Below are positions 27,243 through 37,510 of a stretch of DNA of 64,000 bases, piece by piece. The translations under genes were made by a program, and so were the position numbers. This stretch comes from an uncultured Methanoregula sp. (lineage in GTDB: Archaea > Halobacteriota > Methanomicrobia > Methanomicrobiales > Methanospirillaceae): assembly GCA_964448885.1 (NCBI GenBank), contig CAYVAQ010000013.1, positions 239-64,238 of the forward strand. Reading direction: 5' to 3'. The stretch's first letter is position 1, and each line of letters begins with the position of its first letter. The notes beneath the pieces were generated by a model. That model saw only the letters and a program-made list of their open reading frames with translations. It was not told the origin of the DNA and did not search any database.

Positions 27243-28532
27243 ATGTTCACGCCACAGACCAGTACCCGGGAATACAGCGAGGACCTGCCCGCGGTCATGG
27301 GATACGCCGAGCTCCCTGCCTGGCTCCACGACCAGGAAGAGATATCGGTCTCCGAGTTCCGCCGGTTCACCCGGCAGCCGGTCCGGTCAATCCTTGCCAT
27401 GTACGAGGACATAGCGCAGCAGGTTGTCCCGCTCAGGACAGCCGACCCCCTGCCGGACGTCCAGCCCGGTGCTGCTGCTGTGCTCCGGAAGATCCTTGAC
27501 GAGTTTGATCCCCAGGCCGGGCTCCTCGCAAGCCCCGATCCGGATGATGTCAGTGCATTCTACGACCATGCATGGCGGGTAAGCCAGCGGTGCGACTCCT
27601 GTTTTGCCGAGTACTCCCACCTCCTCATCCCCGTATATCCCGACCTTGTGCTTGCACTCCACACGGGAGGGGCGGGGATAAGGAAAGAGGTCGGCACCCT
27701 TGCACCGGCCATCACCGAGTTCCGGCTGCTCGAAGGCCGGATCCGGAAGATCCGCACGATTCATGCCGCCATCCAGAAGATCGATGCCGAGACCCGGGTG
27801 GCGATGGCAAAGGAGACCATGGCAGCAGCAAACATCCACACGCACCAGATCCGGCTTGCCGCCATCGGGTCTGCCCTTGCCGCCCTGGATTCCGACCCTG
27901 AAGCATTTGCCGAGCAGGAAAACCGGGAATTTGAGCAACTCAAAGCAGAGCGGACCCGGCTCCGCACCACGTACGAACAGCTCGCGGTGCTCCTCACCGG
28001 CCTTACCCGGCGGGCTGCAGCGCACGCGTCTGCAAACCGGGACGAGGAAGCACAACAGGTCCTCGATCACCTCACCGCGATCCTCGAGGCCCGCGGCGTG
28101 CCGGATGGTGACATCCTCTTCTCGGCGCTCATCAACGGGTACCCGGTCCTCCTGGAGATGATCGACAAGGGCGAGCTCGTCCCGGGAGACGAGATCGAGC
28201 GGTACCTCTTCATGGATGCCGGGGCCTTCACCACCGGGATGCGGAACCTCTGCAAGGACTACCAGGCAACGGGCGTCAAGTGCGACCAAGCGCTGACCGC
28301 AGCCCGGCAGCATACCACCCCCGAAAGACGCCGTGAGGATCTCCTCGGCGAGCGAAGGGACCATGAGTTGCAGATGCGCACCGATTCTGCGGAGCGGGAC
28401 GATGCCCGGGCGCTCCAGGAAGTGACGGCCATGCACCGCCAGACCATGGCCCGGATGATCGAGGGTGTCCTGACCGAGATGACCGGCCGGGACATGCGGC
28501 TGGTGCTGAACTGGCCTCCTGCGGAGATGTGA
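27243..28532 (+). CDS. Hypothetical alpha-helical/coiled-coil protein
   Basis: Long open frame with host-like codon usage and heptad-rich E/R/A segments; no catalytic motif recognised. Confidence 0.7.
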   Translation: MFTPQTSTREYSEDLPAVMGYAELPAWLHDQEEISVSEFRRFTRQPVRSILAMYEDIAQQVVPLRTADPLPDVQPGAAAVLRKILDEFDPQAGLLASPDPDDVSAFYDHAWRVSQRCDSCFAEYSHLLIPVYPDLVLALHTGGAGIRKEVGTLAPAITEFRLLEGRIRKIRTIHAAIQKIDAETRVAMAKETMAAANIHTHQIRLAAIGSALAALDSDPEAFAEQENREFEQLKAERTRLRTTYEQLAVLLTGLTRRAAAHASANRDEEAQQVLDHLTAILEARGVPDGDILFSALINGYPVLLEMIDKGELVPGDEIERYLFMDAGAFTTGMRNLCKDYQATGVKCDQALTAARQHTTPERRREDLLGERRDHELQMRTDSAERDDARALQEVTAMHRQTMARMIEGVLTEMTGRDMRLVLNWPPAEM

Positions 28533-28559
28533 GGGTAACAATCCCCGAGATGACGGTAT

Positions 28560-29078
28560 CTAGGTGTCCCTTTTTTGGTTGAAGAGCTGCTCGGCCGGGC
28601 ACCCGATCTCCCGCTGCCGGCAGAACCGGCAGGCGAGCTTCCCGCGGACAGCAGCATTGCCCGCAAACCCGAGGAGGAGCAGGGCGATGACGGCGGCAAG
28701 GATACCGAAACTGAACGAGACCACCAGCAGGTACAATCCCAGGATTACCGGGATCATGAAGACGAGGAAGTCCGGCAGGAGGTCCTTTGCGGTCAGCTGC
28801 ATGGCAGTGAAGCGGGACGGATCGCCGCGCCGGCAGAAGACCGCGCTCAGCCGGCCTTTTCCGAATGCGCAGGTCCTGCCGTAATAGTAACAGTCCGGGC
28901 AATGCCCGGCAATGAGGCGCGATTCAAGGTACAGGATAAGGAGGAGGTATGCGATGACGAGCACCAGCGAAACCTGCAGGAGGACATATGCCCCGATCGC
29001 GTATATGAGCAGGGTCATGAGATTTGCGATGATGACGGTCGATACGGGATAGTTCTCAAGAGATGCCGGCCCATCCAT
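28560..29078 (-). CDS. Membrane protein with two Cys clusters
   Basis: Four TM helices, with HCPDCYYYGRTC and ACRFCRQREIGCP. Confidence 0.75.
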   Translation of the reverse strand: MDGPASLENYPVSTVIIANLMTLLIYAIGAYVLLQVSLVLVIAYLLLILYLESRLIAGHCPDCYYYGRTCAFGKGRLSAVFCRRGDPSRFTAMQLTAKDLLPDFLVFMIPVILGLYLLVVSFSFGILAAVIALLLLGFAGNAAVRGKLACRFCRQREIGCPAEQLFNQKRDT

Positions 29079-29202
29079 GCCGGAACCGGGGATGTACGGG
29101 ATGAAGAAGGTTGCGCAAACCGGTTGACATCCCCAATACATCGCAGGTGATTGCAGAAAAGAGGATCCCCGGTCCCCCCATGTGGTCGGTGCACGCACTC
29201 CA

Positions 29203-32175
29203 TTACGGTGCCATTACGGTGAACGCGTTCTGCCTGCTGGTAAACCCGCCGTGCTGGGTGATGACATCGAGCCGGTACGCACCGGTTGCGGCTCCGGCCG
29301 GGATCGGGAACTCGCCGGTAATGAGCGTTGTGTTCACCGAGAGGGCGGATGATGAGATGGTAGTCCCCGCTTTCCGCATCCGGACGACCGTGCCGCCGTC
29401 AACGAAGTTATCGCCCCTGATCGTGAAAGCAACACCGGTTCCCTGTCCCCCGGTGGCCGGGGCGATGGAGGTGATGACGGGAAGGCTGAGATAATTGACG
29501 GTGAAGGCATCGTTCCTGTTCACCGTGCCGCCATCGGTCGTTGTCACCTCCAGCCGGTATCTGCCTGACGGGGCATTGGCCGGGATGGTAAAACTGCCGA
29601 TGATCTTTGCCGGGGTCTCGCTGAAGATGGTGGTGGCAGGCTCAGTGCCTGATGCATCATTGATGATCCTCACTGTGGTCCTGCCTCCGGCCATGAAGTT
29701 CGTGCCGGTCAACGTAAACGCGACCGTGCTGTTCTTGGCGCCGGATACCGGTGTTATGGCCGAGACCGTCGGGGCTACGGCCGCCGTGACCCGGAAGGCA
29801 TTGGGCCGGCTCACGGACCCGGCATCCGCGGTCAGGATATCGAGCCGGTACGAGCCTGCGGGTGCATCGGCCGGGATCGTCAGGTTGCCGGTGATGGTCG
29901 TGTCGGTGACTCCCGATGTCTCGCTCGTCCCGAGCGTTGTGCCGGTGGACTGGTTCCGGAAGTATACCGTGGTCAGGCCCGGCTGGAACCCGGTGCCTTT
30001 GACCGTGTACTGGACGGTATCGTTCCGGAACCCGGATGCGGGAGACAATGATGCAATGGTCGGGATCTTCGGGCTCGCAACGGTAAACGCGGAAGCTTTT
30101 GTCACCGACCCCCCGTCCACCGTGAAGACCTCGAGATAGCGGGGGCCCTGGGGAGCGCCGGCAGCAATTGCCACGCTGCCCGTGATCTTTGCGGGTGTTA
30201 CGGAGATGACTGTTGTATCGAGCTCCGAATCCGTGACATTCTCGAAGAGCCGGACCCGTGTCTGGTCGCTGCCCCCGAACTGGAAGTTCGTGCCGGTGAT
30301 CGTGAAGTTCACGGTCGTGTTCGGCGGGCCGGAGACTGGTGATAAAACGGAAAGAGCGGGCCTGCCCGTTGCAGTCACCGTCATGGCGGCAGGTTTTATC
30401 GCAGTCTTCCTGCTGCTGTCGGTGGTTACATTCACGGCCCAGGAGCCGGCCGGTGCACCGGCCCCGATATCCATCGTGCCGGTGATCATTGTGGGGGTTA
30501 TGGAATTGACCGTGAAATTATCGTTGTTAAAGGCCCCTTTCGTGAAGTTGAGCCGGGTCATGCCGGATGCGGGATCGAAGTTTGTTCCGTTGATTGTAAA
30601 GGCGATAGTGGTATTCTGCGGTGAAACAGACGGGGTAAAGCCGGTGATGGATGGGATGACAGCCGGATCAATGGTTATTGTGTCAACCTGAGTCGTGGTG
30701 TCCGATCCGACCGTATTGGTTGCCGTGAGTGAGACCGTGAAGGTCCCGGGGTACTGGTACGTGTGGACCGGGTCCTGGATTTCAGAGAAATTCCCGTCGC
30801 CGAAACTCCAGTTCCACGCGGTGGGCGAGCTGGTTGAATAGTCCCTGAACGTGACCGCCAGCGGGGCCTTGCCGGAGAGCGGCGTGAAGTTGAAAGCAGC
30901 GTCCGGCACCGCGAAGTCCGAGTCCAGGATCTCGAAGTAGTGCTGCTGGTATGCGTACGACCCATCGATGAAGTCCGCTGAATAGTCCATGTCCATCTTC
31001 AGCCGGAACGTCCCGTTCGGCCTCCCTGCATTATTGCCCCAGCTGTTCACCACCAGCCAGTACGCGTTTGCCGGATCGGTGTCATTGTACCCGATAATCA
31101 GCGTTGCATGCCCGCCGGCATTGGTCTCGCCGGCGTGGGGGACCGGATCGAAGATGTCGGTCTCGATATTATTCTTCCAGAAGCTGACAAAATCGTTCCA
31201 CCCCGACGTGCCGTAGAAGAAGGAGTATATGACAGCCTTGTTGCTGTCAAGCGCACCCTTGATATTGGCGATTGCTGCGGACCGGGTTACTCCGTAAGTC
31301 GCGACATTGGTTGTCGATACCGAGTTGACGTGATAGTCGGGACGGTACGAAATCAGCTCAAACGGCATTGCGGTCTGGTAATGCTCACATTGCGAATAAT
31401 AGTCCGCATACGATGCATTGTAATTGGACCACGGGATGATGGCCCCATCCGTGGCGAGCCAGGATGCATACGTGGACGCCCACCCGCCGCAGCATGCCCA
31501 GCTCGCGCCCTGGCCGTAGATATACTTGGAGTTGAAGTACTGGACCGAGAGCCGGTCTTTCACCCCGTTCTTCACTGCATGGTCGACCTCAAGGGCCCCG
31601 GTGGATGCCCAGACCCAGCAGTTGCCGCAGTACCCCTGGTCGCGCTCCGAAGGGGTGTAATCCAGGTACTGGACAAGGGTTTTGGCGCTGGTGGGTGCAG
31701 CGGCACTGCGCAGGAGGAGCGATCGCTTGGGGGCGGAGTACGAGAGTCCGGTTGCCATCTCCTGCTTCTTTGCATCGAAATCGGATTGCGAGAGATGCAT
31801 CAGGGGATATTCCCGCTCCCCGCTGCAGGAAGGACAGGTATTCCCTGTGACAGCCTGAGTGGCGGAGGCAGAAACCCGATGAAGGGTGCCTGTCACGCCA
31901 GGGATTATGGTAGTATCCGGAATAACCGGGGTCGTTGGGGCCGTGGTTGTTTCAGCCACCGCTGTCATGGTGACCGCGGGGGTGCCTTCCGGTTCCGTTG
32001 CATTGGGGATCGCCGTGGTGGCTGCCGGTGATGCCTCCCGTGTGACTGGTATTTCCGTTTCCGGTGTCGGGGTGGCGGTCAGAGGTTCTTCCGCTGAAGC
32101 GGCCAGTGCCAACGGTACGAGGAGGAGCATGATCGTGATGATAATACAGGTCCCTGCGTTCCGGAAAAATCTCAT
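29203..32175 (-). CDS. Secreted papain-family (C1) cysteine peptidase + PKD + five IPT/TIG domains
   Basis: DQGYCGNCWVWAS (oxyanion Gln and catalytic Cys), GGHATLIIGY (His), YWLVVNSWG (Asn). Signal peptide follows MRFFRN (32175). Confidence 0.92.
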   Translation of the reverse strand: MRFFRNAGTCIIITIMLLLVPLALAASAEEPLTATPTPETEIPVTREASPAATTAIPNATEPEGTPAVTMTAVAETTTAPTTPVIPDTTIIPGVTGTLHRVSASATQAVTGNTCPSCSGEREYPLMHLSQSDFDAKKQEMATGLSYSAPKRSLLLRSAAAPTSAKTLVQYLDYTPSERDQGYCGNCWVWASTGALEVDHAVKNGVKDRLSVQYFNSKYIYGQGASWACCGGWASTYASWLATDGAIIPWSNYNASYADYYSQCEHYQTAMPFELISYRPDYHVNSVSTTNVATYGVTRSAAIANIKGALDSNKAVIYSFFYGTSGWNDFVSFWKNNIETDIFDPVPHAGETNAGGHATLIIGYNDTDPANAYWLVVNSWGNNAGRPNGTFRLKMDMDYSADFIDGSYAYQQHYFEILDSDFAVPDAAFNFTPLSGKAPLAVTFRDYSTSSPTAWNWSFGDGNFSEIQDPVHTYQYPGTFTVSLTATNTVGSDTTTQVDTITIDPAVIPSITGFTPSVSPQNTTIAFTINGTNFDPASGMTRLNFTKGAFNNDNFTVNSITPTMITGTMDIGAGAPAGSWAVNVTTDSSRKTAIKPAAMTVTATGRPALSVLSPVSGPPNTTVNFTITGTNFQFGGSDQTRVRLFENVTDSELDTTVISVTPAKITGSVAIAAGAPQGPRYLEVFTVDGGSVTKASAFTVASPKIPTIASLSPASGFRNDTVQYTVKGTGFQPGLTTVYFRNQSTGTTLGTSETSGVTDTTITGNLTIPADAPAGSYRLDILTADAGSVSRPNAFRVTAAVAPTVSAITPVSGAKNSTVAFTLTGTNFMAGGRTTVRIINDASGTEPATTIFSETPAKIIGSFTIPANAPSGRYRLEVTTTDGGTVNRNDAFTVNYLSLPVITSIAPATGGQGTGVAFTIRGDNFVDGGTVVRMRKAGTTISSSALSVNTTLITGEFPIPAGAATGAYRLDVITQHGGFTSRQNAFTVMAP

Positions 32176-32412
32176 GGCACCCCTCCCGTTCCGCGAGGGG
32201 GAATTCCCCTCGTAAACCGGCACGGCATCAGTGATTCGAACTGGTAACTGTATTGTCGCCTGCTCTCTTGTATTTTCTCCTCTTGACAATGCCGGGGAAT
32301 CCCCGGGTATCCGGTAACCGAATTCCGGGCATGGACAGCAATTTATACTCCGGGATGAGAGACCGTTATAATCAGCAGACCGGCACACGGTGCACGGAAC
32401 GGAGACCGGGAA

Positions 32413-32922
32413 ATGGCGTTCTGCACGGAATGCGGGAAACGACTCGAGGATCATGAGTATGGCAACCGGCAGATGGAGGACTCACCCTTACAGGAGTTCG
32501 GGATCTCCTTCGACCACCGCAACCTGGATATCATCGAGTACACCGCCCCGTGCGACACCTGCGGGAAGAACCTCTTCGACCACCCGGTCCGCTGCCGGTA
32601 CTGCGGGCGGGTCTTCTGCCGGCAGCACGCAAAACCGGAGAATCATGCCTGCACGAATATCCCGCCGCCGCCCCCGCCGCCCCCGCAGCCGGTCCTCTCG
32701 ACCGGTGAGAAAGTCGCTTTCGGGCTTGAAGTTGCAGTCCAGGTCGTCATCATTCTCATCGGTATCGCCATTGTTATCTGGGGCTTTGGTATTGCGGCAG
32801 ATAACCGGTCCGGCCGCCATGTGACCTTCCCGTTTGCCGGCTATATCACCTCCACGATCGGGTTCCTGATTATCGCAGCCGGCGTCCAGCTGCGGGCCCT
32901 CAGGAGAGCGCTGGGGATTTAG
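32413..32922 (+). CDS. Membrane protein with AN1-type zinc finger
   Basis: FCTECG knuckle; CDTCG...CRYCGRVFCRQHAKPENHAC (AN1 pattern); poly-Pro linker; 2 TM helices. Confidence 0.85.
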   Translation: MAFCTECGKRLEDHEYGNRQMEDSPLQEFGISFDHRNLDIIEYTAPCDTCGKNLFDHPVRCRYCGRVFCRQHAKPENHACTNIPPPPPPPPQPVLSTGEKVAFGLEVAVQVVIILIGIAIVIWGFGIAADNRSGRHVTFPFAGYITSTIGFLIIAAGVQLRALRRALGI

Positions 32923-32991
32923 GTCTCTTCATCGGACCCGTGGGTTAAGGTAACGCAGGACAGGAAGACGCGCATGGATTCACCGGGATTT

Positions 32992-33597
32992 TTATGACAC
33001 TTCGATCAGGTTGTAAAACTTGTAGGTCATGTAGCTGAAAACGGTCTCTGCGGTCTCGTCCACTCCAAGGACGCCAACGACCGTTCCATGGGAATCCCGT
33101 ACCGGGGCATACCCGGAGATGTACGAACCCCATTTTGAGGTGTAGATATTTGGAGAATAGACCGGCCCCGAGACGGATGCATTCCGGATAACATCCAAAT
33201 CCTCGGTAACCTGTTCGCCGGTCCTGACAACATAGGGATCCAGCCCGTGGGCGAGGTATGCATCATGGACAATATACGAGATCGTATCGTTATCGATCCG
33301 GAGCAGGTATGCGGTAACCAGGTAGGTGTCATTCTTCCTTCCCTCGTAAAGGGCACGGGCAAACGAATTGTACAGCGGGGTCCCCTCATCCCCTGATCTC
33401 AGGGAGCGGAGCCCGTCGCCATTGATCTGCCCCGCCATCCGGCCGGCCGCCTTCTGGAGATGGATCTGGATATTGTGCTTCTTCTCGTCAGCCTGGGCGG
33501 AATACCCGGTCATGAGAAGAAAACCGGCAAGGACGAGCAGGGCGCAGCAGAAGACGATGATCGCTTGATCCCTGCCGGTGAATCGCCCGTGTGCCAT
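32992..33597 (-). CDS. Single-TM protein with stand-alone Cache-like extracellular sensor domain
   Basis: A TM helix, then AAGRMAGQINGD...YTSKWGSYISGYAPVRDSHGTVVGVLGVD (Cache C-terminal motif). The start is either 33597 or 33645. Confidence 0.75.
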   Translation of the reverse strand: MAHGRFTGRDQAIIVFCCALLVLAGFLLMTGYSAQADEKKHNIQIHLQKAAGRMAGQINGDGLRSLRSGDEGTPLYNSFARALYEGRKNDTYLVTAYLLRIDNDTISYIVHDAYLAHGLDPYVVRTGEQVTEDLDVIRNASVSGPVYSPNIYTSKWGSYISGYAPVRDSHGTVVGVLGVDETAETVFSYMTYKFYNLIEVS

Positions 33598-33726
33598 CTG
33601 ACCGGTACCTTGTTGGTTTCCTGTACAAATGGATTGTGTTTCCATCCCCGGCGGTGCCTGTATGCCGGAGTCGGCCCGGATCAATAATGAAAGGCTCAAA
33701 TAGCCGGCACCGGTACCATCTGGTGG

Positions 33727-35181
33727 ATGGATGCAGTACCGGGCCGGTGGATCTCCGGGCGACGGATGGCGGCCAGTACCGCCCTGATGTCCCTTGGTGC
33801 CCTGATCAGTTCTCTTGCAGTCAGCAGCATCAACGTCTCCCTTACAGAGATTGCCGCGGACATCCATACGGGAACCGGCGCTGCATCCGCATCCGTCATC
33901 GTCTACCTCCTGGTCCTGTCGGGGCTCTTCCTCTTCTTCGGGAAACTGGGCGATATCTGGGGATACCGCCGGGTCTTCCTGGCCGGCACGGGGGTATTTG
34001 TGATCGGATCGTTCCTCTGCGGGATGTCCGATACGCTCAACGAGCTCATCGTCTTCCGCATCATCCAGGCAACGGGTGCTGCCATGATCACCGCGGTCGG
34101 CCCGGCCTTCGTGATGCGGCATCTCCCGCCGGACTGGCACGGGCGGGGACTTGCGTACGTATCCGGTGCAGCGGTGCTCGGTGTCATCATGGGGCCGTCA
34201 TTCGGGCGGGCGATGACCGATACCCTTGGCTGGGAGTGGATCTTCTTTGCCAACATCCCGGTCGGGATCGTCATCCTCCTTGCAGGGTGGTTCCTGCTGC
34301 CCGGAACTGAAGAGCCGCAGAACGGGAGAACCTTCGACCTCCCCGGCGCGGTGCTCTTCTCCTGCGCGAGCGTCACCCTCGTCCTTGCGATCAGTTCGGT
34401 GCATGTCTTCTCGCTGACCGACCGGATCACGGCTGGTTTTGCCCTGGCCACGGTTGCGTTCTGGACTCTTGCCATCGTGTACGAGAGTGCGGTCGACGAT
34501 CCCGCGTTCGAGATCGCGCTCTTTAAGAACCGGCATTTCGCCAGCGCCAACATCGCGTACGTGCTCCTGAAGATGGTCTTCAATGGCCCGGTCTTCCTCT
34601 TCCCGTTCTACCTTCACCTGGTGCTCGGGTGGTCGTATGAACTTACGAGCATCGTCATCATCGTGCCCGGGGCGGCGATGCTCCTCACCTGTCCCGGCGT
34701 GGGGGCGCTCACCGACCGGTACAGCGCCCGGGTGCTGAGTGTCATCGGGGCACTGGGTGCGGCTGCCGCGTATCTCGTCTTCTTCGCATTCACGGCAGAG
34801 CTGGCACCCGCTGCGGTGGTCATCGCCCTGTTATTCCTCGGCCTTGCCCGCGGGGTCTTCCTGGTCCCCAATACCAAACTGATCCTGGATCACAGCCCGG
34901 GGCACATGAAAGGGGAGGCATCCGGCATCATGAAGGCCCTTGGCAACACCGGCATCATCCTGGGGATCGTGGTCTTCCAGATCGCCTTCTCCGAGACCCT
35001 GCTGGCCGGCGAAGCGGCAGCATTGTACCATCATGACCCGTTTACGGTCCCGATGCCCCAGATCGCTGCCGGGTTCCATGCAGCGTTCCTGCTCGCGGCG
35101 CTCCTCAGCCTAGCAGCGGTCTTCTTTGCAGGGAAAGCCCGGGACGCGGATGCCGGCAATCCCGCAAGCGGCATGCCATGA
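33727..35181 (+). CDS. MFS transporter, DHA2 (EmrB/QacA) family
   Basis: GKLGDIWGYRRVF (motif A), FRIIQATG, WEWIFFANIPVG; about 14 TM helices. Confidence 0.93.
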   Translation: MDAVPGRWISGRRMAASTALMSLGALISSLAVSSINVSLTEIAADIHTGTGAASASVIVYLLVLSGLFLFFGKLGDIWGYRRVFLAGTGVFVIGSFLCGMSDTLNELIVFRIIQATGAAMITAVGPAFVMRHLPPDWHGRGLAYVSGAAVLGVIMGPSFGRAMTDTLGWEWIFFANIPVGIVILLAGWFLLPGTEEPQNGRTFDLPGAVLFSCASVTLVLAISSVHVFSLTDRITAGFALATVAFWTLAIVYESAVDDPAFEIALFKNRHFASANIAYVLLKMVFNGPVFLFPFYLHLVLGWSYELTSIVIIVPGAAMLLTCPGVGALTDRYSARVLSVIGALGAAAAYLVFFAFTAELAPAAVVIALLFLGLARGVFLVPNTKLILDHSPGHMKGEASGIMKALGNTGIILGIVVFQIAFSETLLAGEAAALYHHDPFTVPMPQIAAGFHAAFLLAALLSLAAVFFAGKARDADAGNPASGMP

Positions 35182-35241
35182 GCCGGCAGGACCGGGGGAT
35201 CATCCCAATCTATAAGTCCCGGGAAGGTGAGACGCACCATC

Positions 35242-35610
35242 ATGGAAACCAATGCCCTCCTGTTCCTGTACAATATCGACAGCGGGGTGCTCCAGTCCCT
35301 CCATGATTATTCGACCTCCGCCGTGTCGGGCGAGGGAAGGGAGATCTGCCACCTCAGCGCGCTCACCCACAGCCCGGTGGGCATGAAGAAGGAATGGAAA
35401 CGGTTCTTGAAAGATCTTGGTATCCCGTCGCAGTCCATGGACAAGAACGAGTTCTTCGCAAAATTCGGGCAGCAGCCGCTGGCCTTCCCGGTGGTGCTGC
35501 TCAAACAGGGAACCGGGTTTACGCTCGTCATCAGTGCAGATGAGATACGGCAGTGCCATGACCTGGGCGAGCTGATGACGCTGGTGCGGAAACGGATCGG
35601 CCTGAGTTGA
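35242..35610 (+). CDS. Conserved hypothetical protein
   Basis: LLFLYNIDSG...CHLSALTHSPVGMKKEWKRFL resembles a widespread small uncharacterised family; function not assignable. Confidence 0.7.
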   Translation: METNALLFLYNIDSGVLQSLHDYSTSAVSGEGREICHLSALTHSPVGMKKEWKRFLKDLGIPSQSMDKNEFFAKFGQQPLAFPVVLLKQGTGFTLVISADEIRQCHDLGELMTLVRKRIGLS

Positions 35611-35676
35611 AGAGAGTGCCTGCCATGACAGGTTCTGCCCGGGTTCCGGCCAGCTCCCTGCGGCAGCAACCCGGGA

Positions 35677-36600
35677 TCAATCCTCTACCTGTATCGATCC
35701 GATCATCCGGTCCCGGAGATACCGGTATTTCTGGATATTATCCACATCAGAGATGAAGGCAAACTCAGCGGTTCGGTGGGTGGTAACGATGTTCTTCATC
35801 GTGTATGCCAGGGGATATACTGATGAACCGGGCGCGGTCATGACCGTATGAATTGAGGTCCTTGTATTGCCGGTCGCCGAGTACTGGTAATCGCCAACCG
35901 CCGATCCCGAAACATCCGGGTAGCTGGTGACAACCCGCTCCTTGCACCACTCGAGGGTTGGATCGAGCTGGAGGTTGTTGCTCATGCCTTCCCGGAAATC
36001 GGCGACAAAGGATACAATCTTCTGCGTTTTGTCAGCGCTCGTGAATGTCACGATCCGGGTGGGTTTTTTCAGGAACGCATACTCGTTGAAATCGAACGGG
36101 CCTGTCTCCCTGACTTCCTTCTCGTAACACCGGTTCGTTGCCGTGCTGGTGCAGATGGAGGAGACATACGATGAGTGTTCGACCGTCCAGGTCGACGGGT
36201 AGTCGAGCGTGAAGTCGCTGTCGGAATATCGCAGGAAGACGATCTGCGCGAGATCCTCCGGGTCCGCTGCGGCTTTGGTTACTGTCACTGCCGGAACGGC
36301 CTGCACGACAGAAGGCACGGCTATTATTGGTGCCGGGGTGTCTCCCGCTGCAGGTTCTGCAGTCCCGTTTACGGCTTCCGCTGCCGGCGTTTCGGAGACC
36401 GCAGGAGTGGCTGCCTGCTCTTCACTCGCAGCGGCCGGGGAAGATTCCCCCGTTGCCGTCTCTGTCTCCAGCGGTGTGGCGGTATCTCCAAGAGCCGTGG
36501 CGGCCGGCGCATCCTGCGGTGGAGCGGGGGATGTGCAGCCGGGAACAATGGCTGCGATGAGTGTTATGAGCAAAAGAAGCGCAATTCCCATCCTGTGCAT
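35677..36600 (-). CDS. Lipoprotein with PsbP-like C-terminal domain
   Basis: Lipobox-like AAIVPGC, Ala/Thr/Pro linker, YSDSDFTLDYPSTW...MIGSIQV. Confidence 0.75.
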   Translation of the reverse strand: MHRMGIALLLLITLIAAIVPGCTSPAPPQDAPAATALGDTATPLETETATGESSPAAASEEQAATPAVSETPAAEAVNGTAEPAAGDTPAPIIAVPSVVQAVPAVTVTKAAADPEDLAQIVFLRYSDSDFTLDYPSTWTVEHSSYVSSICTSTATNRCYEKEVRETGPFDFNEYAFLKKPTRIVTFTSADKTQKIVSFVADFREGMSNNLQLDPTLEWCKERVVTSYPDVSGSAVGDYQYSATGNTRTSIHTVMTAPGSSVYPLAYTMKNIVTTHRTAEFAFISDVDNIQKYRYLRDRMIGSIQVED

Positions 36601-36639
36601 ACGTGTATCGTCGGGCCGGGGAACTATAAATATTGTCTT

Positions 36640-37383
36640 TTATTCCGGTGAGACCGGCCGTTTTGCAAAGACCAGCTCCACGCTGTCGAACGCATCGGTC
36701 TCTTCGGTCTTCAGGGGGATATACAGCTCGAGTATTACCGGCTGGTCGAGAATGAACGGCCGTGCAAGGGTCAGCTGGTCTGCGATCTTTCCCTTAGACC
36801 GGACATTGATACCGATATCATAGTCTGCCGGCCGGGCATTCCGCGGGATCAGGGTTGCATCGATCCGGACAACGTTCCATGTCGGGGTCACAACCAAACC
36901 CTCGCAGGCACTGCCGCCGATCCGGTTGGGATCGCCTTCTGCATCCTGGGCAAACGCGTTCATGAACGCCTTCATCTGTGCAGGAGTGATGGCGAGCAGT
37001 TTCGGCTCCGGCTGGCTGATCCCGTACCGTTTGTCGGTTGCTGCCTGGGGGAATGCTGCACGCATGCCACAGTCGGGGATCCGGAACGGGAGGTATTCCG
37101 GGGTAAACTGGAGAACCTGGATGAAGGGGTCATCGGCAGAGTTTTCCGCAGTTGAGTGCTGGATCCACGTAGGTGCCGGCACGACCGGGACCAGTGTCGT
37201 ACCTTCCGGCAGTGCAGGTGCCGTCATTGCAGGAGATACTGGTGCGGATGTCGTAAGCGTCGGTTCTCCAGCGTGGGGGGAAGATGGCACGGATCCGCCC
37301 TGGTGCGGTTGCGATGCACTGCACCCGGCTGCGGCGATAAGGGAGGCGAGCAGAAGAAGGGAGACAAGACCGGAGATCCTCAT
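36640..37383 (-). CDS. Hypothetical lipoprotein
   Basis: Lipobox-like LIAAAGC followed by a Ser/Pro linker. Confidence 0.75.
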   Translation of the reverse strand: MRISGLVSLLLLASLIAAAGCSASQPHQGGSVPSSPHAGEPTLTTSAPVSPAMTAPALPEGTTLVPVVPAPTWIQHSTAENSADDPFIQVLQFTPEYLPFRIPDCGMRAAFPQAATDKRYGISQPEPKLLAITPAQMKAFMNAFAQDAEGDPNRIGGSACEGLVVTPTWNVVRIDATLIPRNARPADYDIGINVRSKGKIADQLTLARPFILDQPVILELYIPLKTEETDAFDSVELVFAKRPVSPE

Positions 37384-37510
37384 CTATTCTTCAGTACGGA
37401 ATGAATCGGTGTTAAAGGTATTCCCTTTCAGACCTCACCGTCCGTCTCCCGGCAGCAGCCTCATGCCCGGACAATTTCATGAACTTCAAATAGCAGTCAG
37501 ACCATCTCTT

